The position numbers and the translations under genes were made by a program. From Asterias rubens (Eukaryota), in assembly GCF_902459465.1 (NCBI RefSeq), contig NC_047074.1:9176001-9240000 (forward strand): a stretch of DNA of 64,000 nt, in the 5' to 3' direction. This document shows, one piece after another, positions 26,028-36,790 of the stretch (its first letter is position 1; every line of letters begins with the position of its first letter). The notes below the pieces were generated by a model. It worked only from the letters and a program-made list of their open reading frames with translations. It was not told where the DNA came from and ran no database searches.

Positions 26028-29000
26028 AAACTTATAAAGCGCACAAACCTAAGTTGAGAGAAATCTAGAACATGTGGTATAGAATACAATATTACAAATG
26101 CAATATTTAATGATGACCTTGAAGTTGATCCTTTGTTGGATTGGGAACCAGTGTACATGTAGTTTGATGAGTTCTGGGGTGATAGGGTCCAACTTGTGTT
26201 TATATCTACTTGCGTTTATATCTAAATACATATAGGATTGAAATTTTCAAAGGGTTAAAAAAAAAAAAAACGATTACTAAATTTTCACAGGTTTGTTATT
26301 TTTTATATCAGTTGTGATACACGAAGTGCAGCCCTTTGGACAATACTGCTTACCGAAAGTCTCCAATGGCTTTAAACAAAAACTGCTTCATACCTCATGA
26401 CATTTGCTCTCGGCATAAACCAGCATCTGGCCATGCTCCTTAGCCGACAGGGCTCTCTCATGGTAGAATTTGAGACGGTCCTTGGTGAAAAACAGCATCT
26501 CCACGATGAGATACAGCCAATAGATCGCGTCTGGTACATGAAACTCTTTGGAAGTCTTCATTATGTTCAGAGCCTGCAAAAGTGTAAAGGATAGGTACAT
26601 GTAGATAATTCTTGAAGTTTCATTCCAATCATAAAATAAGGGAATCAATGTGTAGTGAAGAGGTCTTCAAATGGTTTAAACCCAACGAGGCCTGGTTCTT
26701 GATCATTTTACCGTAAAATAAATGCAAAAAATTAAAATTGTTCAATCATTTCTTTCAACACAACACCCCTCCAGCTATGAAATGGTAAGGCCCTCGGGTG
26801 AACAATTCCTTATATGGGAATGCTGTGCGCGTTATGCGTGTCGCGTGACGTGGCACAACTGTTTTAGCCGTTGCTCTTGAAACTGTCTGCGGTTAATTTA
26901 CATGAGCCTTGTGAAAATGTCATCAAGTCCAGTTGCGAGGTTTCAGCAAAAAATTGTGCATTTTCACATCATGTTTTTTTTGTGTGGCATGCAAGTACAT
27001 GAAGTAAGAAATGATGATCTGCTCTAGTCTTCCTTTTCCCATGACTTCATTTTTTTCTCCTGAGTATTGGTACTGGTAAGAAATTTAGGTGAGCTTTTCA
27101 GAAACTACATAAAAACAATAAATTGCTATTTATTTTTAACTTGCCTCTTGCTGGATGCTCTTGTAGTGCAATTGTTTATTTCGTGCTTCTGTTTATGTTC
27201 TTTTAAAATATTAAATGAATAGTAGCACTTAACAGAGTTTATAAGCAAGAGGTGTGTTATGCCTCCCTAGTGGAAAGTATTTTTGTATTTTAGTCTTTGA
27301 ATATCTTGTATTTTGTACTTGTACTTAAATAAATATTTTTATATCCTAATGTTTTTCTGTAATTTTAAAAAATAGTATATATATTTTCTTATGCTCTGTA
27401 ATTTTAAATGCAATTCAGCCTCTGGCTGCCAAGTTTGGATGTTTTTAAATAAACCAATAATAATAATAATCTAGTGGCTTCTTATCATAGCGCTTAAATT
27501 CGTCACTCAGTGATCCTCATGGTGCTCCAACATTCAGTATTACATGTACATGTATAACAACAAATTTGCTTTTACTTATCACTGATAGCAGGCATGAAAC
27601 TGTAACTTGGAGGAGATGACAAACTCCAATGGCCTTGTTCAAAGTTTGTTCAAGTTTGAATGGCTCAAATGAGAATACAAAAAGAGGAATTCAGCTTATC
27701 AAAGGAAAAGTTGCATACATGTGATAGTAATTAAAACAAGCATATCTGACAAACCTCAGAATAACTCTCCTCACCTTTATGTAGTTGGCGGAGTCTTCCT
27801 GAAGGTTTCCTAGTGCTGCCACTGCTCTGCTCTGCAGCAACTTGGCGAGCTTCTTCATCCTCTTACCGTAGTAGTCCACAAAGAGCATCTCGGCTTCATT
27901 GAAGAGGGTTTCCATCTCGCCCTCGGTCTCTTGGACGAACTGCTGGACGAACGAGCGCAGCAAGAGATGCAGGCTGTAGCGTGTGCTGTCCTCCTTGGAT
28001 TGCGACCACCTGGAGTCCGTCTCCTGCTTGCTGTCCAGGAGGCTGCGATACTTGAGAGCCTGCAACTCCAGTTGTAGCTCCACCTGCTGCTTACGTCTGT
28101 AGCCAAGAATCACACGGGCAACCTTCAGGGTGAACGTTCCTGGAATCACGGCCAGCTTGATCAGATTGCGTCGTTTCACAGCCGGCAGATTCTGAATGGT
28201 GTTCTTGAGGCAGGGGCCGATCTGGTCGCTCTGCGACAGCCCGAAGTGAGAGAGGGCCTTGGTGATGTTGAGGCCTTGCTCCCTGTCGCCTGAAGCTGGT
28301 GAAATGTACCGGAGGAGGTCCTTAGGTTTGACTGTCTGGTCTTGGAGGCGGCTGGCGACTACCTTGAGAGCAAGGGGAATCTTGCTGCAGAGGCGTACAA
28401 ATGCTTCTGCATCGTCATCCACTGCAATGTTAATAAAATAAACAAACTAAATGTACATCATCAGCAGAAGCAATCAAAGTAATGCCATCAAGCATAAGGA
28501 GTAATTTTTCAGAGAATAAAACTGAAAACAGTTGAGTCTAGAGCACCGGATTCAAACTCTGTTGTTTCTGATCAGTAGAGTGTGAGTTCGAGTCCCGGTC
28601 GTGACATCTGTGTGCTTCACAAAGTAAGACATTTAACCATGATGCTCTGTCCTTCGGATGGGACGTAAAGCCGTTGCGCCACAGCACCTTGTTAACACCA
28701 TTACAAGGTGCTATACATAAAAGAAGCAGGCCCCATCATTCAAACAGAGTCCCACACCTTGCAGGAAAATATTGTATGTTGAAGCGCCTTGAGCTGACGG
28801 ATAATGCACGCTATTTGTGTAAAATAAGAAGCCACTATTATTAATATGTGTAGGCCCTCACCAAGACGTGTCTTTCCAGCGTGGTATCTGACCATCTCCA
28901 CAGCGCTCTCCATGTCCAGTTCGTTCTCCCCGTCCAGTCGCCAGCAATCCATGGAGCCTTTCTTGACTGGTATTTTCTCTACTCCGAACCGTGACGTGAT

Positions 29001-30354
29001 GAGCAGCTTTAGCCGCTTGTTCGCCAGGTTTGTGATATTCTCCAGCATTGAGACGAAGTCTTCGTAGGTTGGGTTCGGGAAGGCTCCCGAGCCTGGATCT
29101 AAAGGGTCATCAACACTGTCTAGGAACAAAACAGCACCACCTAAAAAAGAAAAGAAAGAAAAACATTATTTTCCTAAGGCATATGCACCAGCAGTGTAGG
29201 TCTCAAGACCAGTTTTGCCGGTGTCGGGTCTCGGTGTTGGGTCTCGGTACTGTACCTTGTGGTCTCGATCTTGGTCTTTGGCTCAGTCTGGGATCTTCAG
29301 GTCCCGTTTTCAGTCTTGGTCTCGGACTATCAGGTCCCATTTCTTTGCAGCGCCTCCTCAGATATTCAAAAGAGATTATTACAGGATGTAGTCAACAGTT
29401 TTTCTCAATCACCCCTTTGTCTCGAGCTTGGTCTGGGTCTTTTACCTTCAGGTCTCGGACTATCGGGTCTCAACTACAACGCTGCACTGATATACAATGT
29501 ATACATACACAGACTGGCACAAAGTACTCATCTTCCAGGCTAGCCTAGCTTCTTTGCAGAGCCTCCCCTACAGATATTCTGTACAGGTGTTATCATGGTA
29601 GATTTCTCAACAGTCTTTCTACTCTTTGTATGAACTACATGCCTCTCTATTCAGTGACAAACTATCATTTTGAGTGGAATCAAATTAGGAGCCAAAACAT
29701 AAGGTAGGTTTAGTCTCCCTTTTTCTTACCATGCTCTGCTGGGTCGAAGGACCTCAACTTGCCGTACATGACTTCCGGGTCGTAGGTACGACTTTCCACT
29801 CCAAACGCATGCATGATTGCAAAGAAGATTGCCTCAATGTTCTTCAGCTCCCGCAGATCCACAAAGATCACCTTGTGGAACTGTCGGAGCCTGAGGCATA
29901 CCTCGTTCGCCAGGCGCGTCTTTCCGGTACCCGGCATGCCAGCGACGCAGACCATGTGCACATGGTCGTAGGAAGTGTCCAGGATACCAACAATCTGGTC
30001 CATGATGTCACGGTGTCCGAAGAATGGCCCGTCGACGGAGGAGCATCGTATCTTGAGTTTCCGAGTCACAGCCTGGCGCTCTCTCTCGTACTCGTCCAGC
30101 GACTCAAGAATGTCGATTCGCTTCAGGGTGGTCAAGCACATCCGCAGGAGCTCTGTGTCACCCTCGTGGATTTGGTTCTCTCGTTCGAGTACTTCAAACA
30201 ACTTCAGAGCGTCCCCGTTGATGGTGTCGTAGTTGGGCCCCAGCCGATCACGGAGATACAAGACGGCTTTGTCTACGTCGTCCTGGACCAACATGTCGGA
30301 CATGTAGACAAGGAGCCAGCGAAACCTAGAACTGACTAGTTCGGAAGCGTCCAT
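16442..30354 (-). CDS. DED - NB-ARC-type STAND NTPase - TPR repeat protein with C-terminal CaaX (CVIS), 11 coding exons, ~1035 aa
   Basis: Exons in transcript order: 30354-29730, 29140-28862, 28421-27775, 26573-26394, 25584-25149, 24192-24042, 23381-23087, 21308-21227, 19156-18965, 18167-17994, 16488-16442. All GT-AG and phase-consistent; 3108 nt. N-terminal DED-like region (FRWLLVYMSDML..DALKLFEVLERENQIHEGDTELLRMCLTTLKRIDIL). Walker A GMPGTGKT, Walker B VLFLDSVD, sensor-1 LLITSR, GLPL-like CSKIPLAL, MHD-position LHLLLR. TPR-like helices (LTARAYNSLGGAYQD; LGTCLHDMEDYEGAVDYYKQAM). The last four exons (tail) are less certain than the core. Confidence 0.88.
16715..17350. repeat. Locally duplicated SINE-like segment (catcccatccgaaggacgcagcaataatgattaaggactaaagtgtcatgacc three times); family also at ~21380-21720, 28530-28720, 57290-57530
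   Basis: Direct repeats starting at ~16753, ~16933 and ~17239. Confidence 0.75.
17519..17899. mobile_element. Kolobok-like MITE in intron of STAND gene
   Basis: ttaa|agacactggacactactggtaattg ... gatagtgtccagtgcct; shared interior. Confidence 0.78.
18300..18680. mobile_element. Kolobok-like MITE variant
   Basis: ttaaagggaaggtgtacacgtttggtaatt ... aattaccaaacgtgtaccttccc inverted termini. Confidence 0.72.
19720..20350. repeat. Degenerate (TCAAG)-rich minisatellite; related tracts at ~1085-1195, 11030-11120, 29200-29480
   Basis: Recurrent caagtcaagtct / ttcagagcaagtc / aggtcttt units. Confidence 0.75.
20354..20800 (-). mobile_element. 3' fragment of an L2/CR1-clade LINE with (ATT)n tail
   Basis: Frameshifted minus-strand VYKILLTQSPSYLVELV ... 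FSIAAPRLWNELP, typical of the L2/CR1 ORF2 C-terminus, then aagcgct..agagcgctaaataaat and the (AAT)~26 tract at 20354-20432. Confidence 0.75.
22570..22945. mobile_element. Second TTAA-type MITE family (AGCCATTGGAC... termini); further copy at ~38052-38415
   Basis: ttaagccattggacaatttcggtaaacatattgtccaaagg ... gaaagtgtataatggct; near-identical interior at 38052-38415. Confidence 0.75.
24808..25120. mobile_element. Kolobok-like MITE, internally deleted
   Basis: aaagacggacactattggtaattgtcaaagacc ... ttaccaaaggtgtccagtgtctttaa. Confidence 0.72.
25985..26200 (-). mobile_element. L2/CR1-clade LINE fragment with (ATT)n tail
   Basis: Minus-strand DPITPELIKLHVHWFPIQQRINFKV resembles the HITP.L..LHWLPI..RI.FK motif of L2 ORF2; adjacent (TAA)~12 at ~25988-26024. 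Confidence 0.65.
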
Positions 30355-31307
30355 GGTTGGATACTGATGAGAAGACAATCTACAAAATAAAGAAAACGCG
30401 GAGAAATCAACCCCAATTTAAAGGGAAGTTTGTCTGTAATCACCCTTAAAATTATAATTAATAACGATAATTTTTAGGAAGAACCTATAATAAAAAGTAA
30501 ACTTGCCAGTACACAACCATGTGAAAATCTCTTTTGTGGGAGTGTTGGTTATGAAAAGATCTGGTGTGGTATCGACAGTCGAACAGTATACTTGGCTAGT
30601 GTTTAGGACTTCTGATTAGTAGCATCTAGACTGTAGACAGCAGTTTCAAATTGTATAAAGCATTTTGAAAAAACATTTCACTTTTCACAAAAATATAGCG
30701 GTTTTTGTGTCCCTAAATTTATCTAAAGAGCATTACTAATGCAACGCTTTCTAGATAGTGTATGAAATCCTTTTAAGGATTATTCTTCCTGCGAGGACAA
30801 ATTCGCTCTTGATTTTCGTTGATCTAAGGAAAGCAAACATTTTGTTCTTGAAAATATGCCTGAATAGTGAGTCGCCAAAGGAAAAAGGTTGCACAGCTTA
30901 TGTTTTGCTTCTTATGGTTTTGTTGAGTTTTAATATGATGTCACAGTGGCCAGCCACCAACTCAGTCATCACCATGCAGTGAAGAGACGGGCTCCCCACA
31001 CTGTTTTAACACTTGTCACGAAAAACACGATCACTGACACAATCTTTTAATCGTTTCAGCTTGAATTTTACTATGTAATATCGGGCCTACGGCAAACATT
31101 GCCACAATGCATCTTTGCATTGGACGCGACTAGTGTCGTAGTCGCGACTATTTGAATCGTGACTAGTCGAGCAGTAAATTTCACTAGTCGCCCAAGCCTA
31201 GTACCCAGCCCCATCCCATATCCCCACCAGCATCTAGCCACTGAGTCTCAGACAGACTGACCTTGTTTTGTGCGATCCACGGACACGACAGATTACCCAC
31301 CCAGCAT

Positions 31308-32230
31308 GCCCAGGCTTACTCCTAGAACTATGAGGTTTGTTCGTCTATCGTCTCCCGTATTAAACCTCATAGGTTGACATGTCTCACAACACAAACGAGG
31401 AGGTTTTTGCATTTAGATTTATGAGGTCAAATCTCTCTTTTTTTAAATCAAACTCCCCAAAATTAGGCTCTACGTGTTTTTTGAACTCTCATTTGGGTTT
31501 TTGACCTGGAAATGGACAGGAAATTCACTTCCCACACGCCCCTAGGTCACGATACGTGACGATTGTGCACGTTTTTTTTTTTCCCAGGACGAATGTGGAA
31601 AATTATGTGCACAGGTTCATCCTGGAAAGAAAATATACCCGGTACGTGCTTGGTGCACAAAACATATAAGCACGCGTCTGGGAACCACGAAGCTCGTTCG
31701 GGGTACCAGTAGTACGACTCTAGATCTAACTCTTGGTTCCCGGACGCGTGGGCGTGTTTTGTACGCAAAGCACGGATCGGGATCTAGGACGAATGTGTGC
31801 ACATAACTCTCCATGTTCATCCTGGGAAAAAAGATCAGTGCACGATCGTCACGTGTCGTGACCTCGCAACGCATCGAAGACAATCGCATTTGTTGTGTAG
31901 TGGTAAAAAAAGGAATATTATGGGGACCATGTGGGGACTGAGTAAAAACGGTAAGAATTTAATTTTAAAGATTTTTTGAGATTGCGGAGTGGATTTACTG
32001 GACCATTTCCTAGGTCAATGAAAGTTCAGAGAACATGTAGAGCCTAATTTTGGCAAGCAAGATTGGATTTAAAAAAAAGAGAGATTTGACCTCATAATCG
32101 AAATGCCAAAACCCCCTCGTTTGTGTTGTGAGACATGTCAACCTATTATCCTATTATGAGGTTACGGGAGACGATAGCCAGACAAACCTCATACTTTTTT
32201 CATAGTTCTAGGACTAGGAGTAGCCCTGGC
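31308..32230. mobile_element. Foldback element with nested inverted arms
   Basis: Outer arms ~31308-31520 / ~32000-32230 (aggttgacatgtctcacaacacaaacgag and its reverse complement); inner arms ~31544-31626 / ~31780-31863. Confidence 0.78.
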
Positions 32231-32402
32231 CTAGCCCCACTTGTGTGACCAAGGATAGCTGAATTAAGGATTCAGCTATCCTTGGCCACACAAGTGAAGT
32301 GGGGCTAAAGTGGGGCTAGCCCAGGCCATGGATGTAGTACTTCATCATAAGACCATGACCATGAGTCCATGACTACTTTGGTTTAGCTAGACTACTTACT
32401 AC

Positions 32403-32879
32403 CGGTCCTACTACTTGCCGTCAACTCGCCGTCAACTCACTTGCGCCGTCAACTCGCCGTCAACTCCTCCAATATACATTTAAAATCCACAAAAGAAGCA
32501 TAGAACTGTAAAGTATCAGCTCAAAGAGCATTCGCGTAAGTTTTAGGTCATATTTCGGAATAAAAATTGATTTTTGTTCTCGTGAAAAAAAATTCTCGAA
32601 GCCAAAAAACTGTCGGCCGCCATCTTGCTTTTTCACAATAATTAGTCTTGGCCCAAGATGTCAATGATTGGTACTTTTTTTTTATCAACACAAAGTCGTT
32701 TTTGTGAATGAATTTGTACCGAAAACCATCATGAGAAATATGTAGTTTAGCCCAGACTTAACACTTCCGTGCCCCCTTTTTATAGATTTTTCATGTAAAT
32801 TTAATGAGTTGACGGCACGAAAATGAGTTGACGGCGAGTTGACGGCAATTCGGCGAGTTGACGGCAAGTAGTAGGACCG
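32403..32879. mobile_element. Non-autonomous DNA transposon with exact 8-bp TSD (CTTACTAC) and subterminal GCCGTCAACTC arrays
   Basis: TSD at 32395-32402 and 32880-32887; TIR CGGTCCTACTACTTGCCG; about four GCCGTCAACTC-type units per end in inverted orientation. Confidence 0.85.
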
Positions 32880-32948
32880 CTTACTACTGTACAACAAGAG
32901 ACAGAGTCTAGCTAGTAGTAGAAGTAGTATGAAGTAGGAATCTAGCTA

Positions 32949-33087
32949 GGGAAAAGTTTCCGTATGGCGCCACCACTTTTTCATTCGATATGAAATAACA
33001 TAGTATCTAATTTACATCAATGAGATATCCCTTTTTGTAAAAATGAGTGAATGAAAAAGTGGTGGCGTCGTACGGAAAGTTATCCCT
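32949..33087. mobile_element. Short MITE
   Basis: ggaaaagtttccgtatggcgccaccacttttt ... aaaaagtggtggcgtcgtacggaaagttatccc inverted termini. Confidence 0.7.
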
Positions 33088-34692
33088 TACATGACGTCAC
33101 TTACCTCTTTTTAATTTTTCAGCAGATTTGGAAACTAATTTTTGTGCTGTAGTTGAAGCGTTACACATCCGCCGCTGGCATGGTCTAAATATCTATTCTC
33201 AATCTATAGCGCACCGAATTCAACTCATGGTTGCTCCTTGGCATTAACGCCATAATGATAAATTATGGGTCCTAAGAAGTGGAAGTAAACGTTGTTTGCT
33301 TGCAATCTATTGTATTGAGATGGATGCGCCTAGCCTACGCCGTCGTCAGAGTTCAGTCGACAGCCTTCGCACACACACACGGTCCTGGTTACTCTTCCTT
33401 GTAGAGCGCCACCTTGTGGCAGAGAAAAAAATCAGCGTCCACTTCATCCAGTTCCCAACCAACCATTCACAGGCCCTTTTCGAAACCACGGCTTCGGCTT
33501 TGGATTCGGCTCAGGCTAGCTTGGCCCCGCATTGACAATAATATTTTGAGCGTGTTTTGCTTACGCGCTCAGGGCTTCAGACGAGAGGACGGAGCCTGAA
33601 CTGAATCCAAAGCCAATCTTGTGATTTCGAAAGGATTTTTTCAAAAAGGGACCTAAAGCCCGAATTCCATGTTCATGGTGTAATGACGCCAAGGAGGATT
33701 TGAAACTTGCACGCGCGGTGGAAATACGATAATGGAAAGGTTTGCGGTAACATCATGCCTTAGGCCAAATAAACAAAAACAAAAATACCAGTTGATCGTC
33801 CCCGCCCGCATCCTTTTGGGGGCCGAATCTTGTTTTTCTTTTTCAAAAGGACTTGCCTAGAAACCACTTTAGAAATAGTAATAATGACAATTATTTTATG
33901 ATGCAATACCTCGAATAGAACTTGAAATGAACGATATGAAAATTTACCGCTTTAAGAAATCGAAAACTGTCACTTTCGTAAAGGTCTGCTGAGGTTTCAT
34001 TTAATTGCCACACAATCAACAAATAAAAAAACAACTTTTCACTCAAAAGCGATAGAAAGAATACCGGTAATATAAACAAACAGTGCAGCACTGCAAAATG
34101 ATACGTTTTTTTAAAGTAGAAGCCAGACTTTGCCGGCAATTGAAAAGGACATGCATTGCATTGATAGAGAGAGTTACCAATTAATAATTATTATTTGTTA
34201 GGTGAACCAAATAAAAGGTGCTTGATTAATGCACGTGGGTTAAATGACTCAACATTCTGATGCATAGACAACTCAAAATGTATCTTTCATCAACTACAAA
34301 CATGCTTCGAGGCACTTGGTATATGTGGTAAAAGTAGGCCTACCCCCCCCCCCCCCCCCACTACTAGACCAGTGTAATTTACAAACATCCGAGCATCGGT
34401 CTTGACAAAATATCCCGGCAAATAAAAATGACCATTTATTTCAGGGCATCGTGTCATCCACAATACCTCAAGTCGTAAAGTCGACATTTTGTTTGCACTG
34501 TGTAGTTCTTGGGCTCTCAAATCTGTCTAGAATAGAATTTTTTGACTGGGCATTAATTTGTTTCCACAAATCTGGCTCGTTCATGCAGATGTTGTGGAGT
34601 GATACAGATCTTCTCCGTCCAGTAATAAGTGTTGCGATATCGGCAACCGTGTTAACAAAATAAACGTTGTCAATCAAGACTAAAGGACTGCG

Positions 34693-36790
34693 TCACTTTG
34701 CGGGTTCCACAACACCAACAGTTTTCACTTGTTCTGTTGTTGATGGATACGTGACAGTAGTCGGTTGTGACTCAGTTTGTGTAGTCTGTTCTCGTGTCGG
34801 TTTACTAGACGTGGATGCCGTCATGAACTGAGCTTCTGTCCGGGACTCAGACGCCACTGTTGGTGGGGTTGTCATGGCCATTTGTGTGGTCGATGATGTC
34901 ACTGTCATCCCCGTGGTCGTTGATGATGTCGAGGTCATTGTGGTTGGTGATGTGATCATTTGAGTGGTGGGTACCCTTCCCGGGGTTGTGGTTTCCCTTG
35001 GTTGATGTTTTCTACAAGGGTTCTTCTTCTTTCTGTTAGGGGCCCGACTATCACTTCCGTACTTTCCATTCACTCTGCGCCTCCCAGATGTGCGTCTCTT
35101 TCGACCCGGGAAGCGCCTCCGTGCAAAAGACACGGGAGGATTTTCAAAACTCTCTGACGAGCTACTGCTGCTCGAACATCCATCGTCGTCATCACTATCG
35201 TCTTGTTGAAATTGAATCCACATCTGATTCTTGGCCAACTTGTTTTTCTGATTTCTACGGTTGGTTTCTGATGGCGACCATGCACCGGCCATCCGTATCA
35301 GGCGGTCGCCACGACTGGCCACCGACGGCAGAGTGTGAACTAACTTGTCCCCATCTTGAGTGTGTGGGTCCACGTCTGATTCGAGTTCGGGTAGAGGAAG
35401 GGCTGGTCTCAGGCTCCCGACTCTTTCTTGTGAACTTGCACCGTCAGGAAAGACGGTATCTAAACTGTTGGTCAATTTTCGGACGCCCTCCTGCGGTTAA
35501 AAAAAATAAGAGTAAACGCCTTTAAAGTATCATGGACAGTCTCTGAAGTAATGGCTGCAACTGAGATCAATACACAAGCTTAAAAGCATTATGCTGTCTC
35601 ATTGATAAACCACTAGCAAAAGCCGTTGTCCTTGTCGACATCATGAGTGGTTCGTTTTTGGTGTTGGGGTTATCCCCACACACCCCGTCACATAAAAACA
35701 GAGCTTTAAAATGCATGTTCTCTACGACCACTTCTCCCCCTTTCATACCCGAGCGAATCTCGTCTTGGTAAAGAACTACAACTTTTTACATCGCGGGGAA
35801 AATCTCTCTTGGAGCAGGAAAATATTTCGGCACAAGGCTCAACAATGTAAAAGAAGGAGAATGTTGATTTTCTTTGTATCAATCACATTGCAGCGGAAAT
35901 GCGTGAGTCCTTGTGGAATTGTGGTAACTTTTCTCGAAAATCCGGGTTTGTGGCCGGAAGAAACATTTTACAAGGCAGGAAGCGGTTCGGGGATCGGATG
36001 AGAATGCTGTACTTTTATAAACTCATGTAGGCCATTCATGTAGGCTACTCATTGAAAACATACAAATTTTGAGAATCTAGACCTGTCTATATCGCAACAT
36101 CACAGCCTAGGTATTGCCAACCCATGTTAAAAGCCAGACCCCCCCCCCCCATCCCCCCATTAAAAAAACACAAAAAAAAACAAAAAACGCACAGATCGCT
36201 ACTTTTTTTTAATGATACACATTGACAACTAATGTCGAATTTTTTGAAAACAGAGCAACCAATCATGGCAGGTATGTTATTTAATTGTCAATTAATTTGC
36301 AGGAAATGATGAATTTGTTCACAACATTCTGTGAACACATTTTATTGCATGTTTTGCTAACATTCGGCAGTCCATGCCAAAGGGCGCGGATTGTTATGAA
36401 CGATGGAAAGGTCTTTTCAGTGAAACTTCCATTGCCTCGTTTCGTTTTGAGAAATGTTTCACTTGTTATTGAAAAAGCTTAGCCACTTTTTGTACCCCAA
36501 GATTTTATCTGAGAAGCGTTCCCCTGACAACAACATAATCGTGGACATAATCGCATCAGATTTTCGGCAATTATCTCAAAAACGCTTCATGAAAATCTCA
36601 CTTTAGTTTGATTGTATCGGATTCCAAGCACCAACGTATACAACCTCTTCAATACGGTACCGATAATTGCATTGCAAAACAGCAACGGATTTCTTACCTT
36701 TGCCAGCGCAGCATGTACCCCTGCAGGAGCAACAAAAGACTCACAGAGAATGGTAGAGAACACCAGCAAGCCAATGCCGTGAAATGTCAT
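34693..36790 (-). CDS. Orphan secreted protein: signal peptide, acidic/Ser tract, polybasic sites, Thr-rich mucin-like C-terminus; 2 coding exons, ~296 aa
   Basis: Exon 36790-36698 (MTFHGIGLLVFSTILCESFVAPAGVHAALAK, donor GTAAGA) splices in phase 0 to 35490-34693 (acceptor CCGCAG), which contains the 260-aa ORF of the track. No family recognised. Confidence 0.72.

Noticed and set aside
27691-27774. ORF extension VRRVILRFVRYACFNYYHMYATFPLIS as a transmembrane or terminal segment of the STAND protein
   Set aside because: Lies past a GTGAGG donor at 27774; the phase-0 splice to 26573 continues the frame.
29731-30339. 202-aa plus-strand ORF and other antisense ORFs over exons (25306, 35088, 48463, 51396, 56192)
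   Set aside because: Antisense shadows of GC-rich coding exons; no independent motifs.
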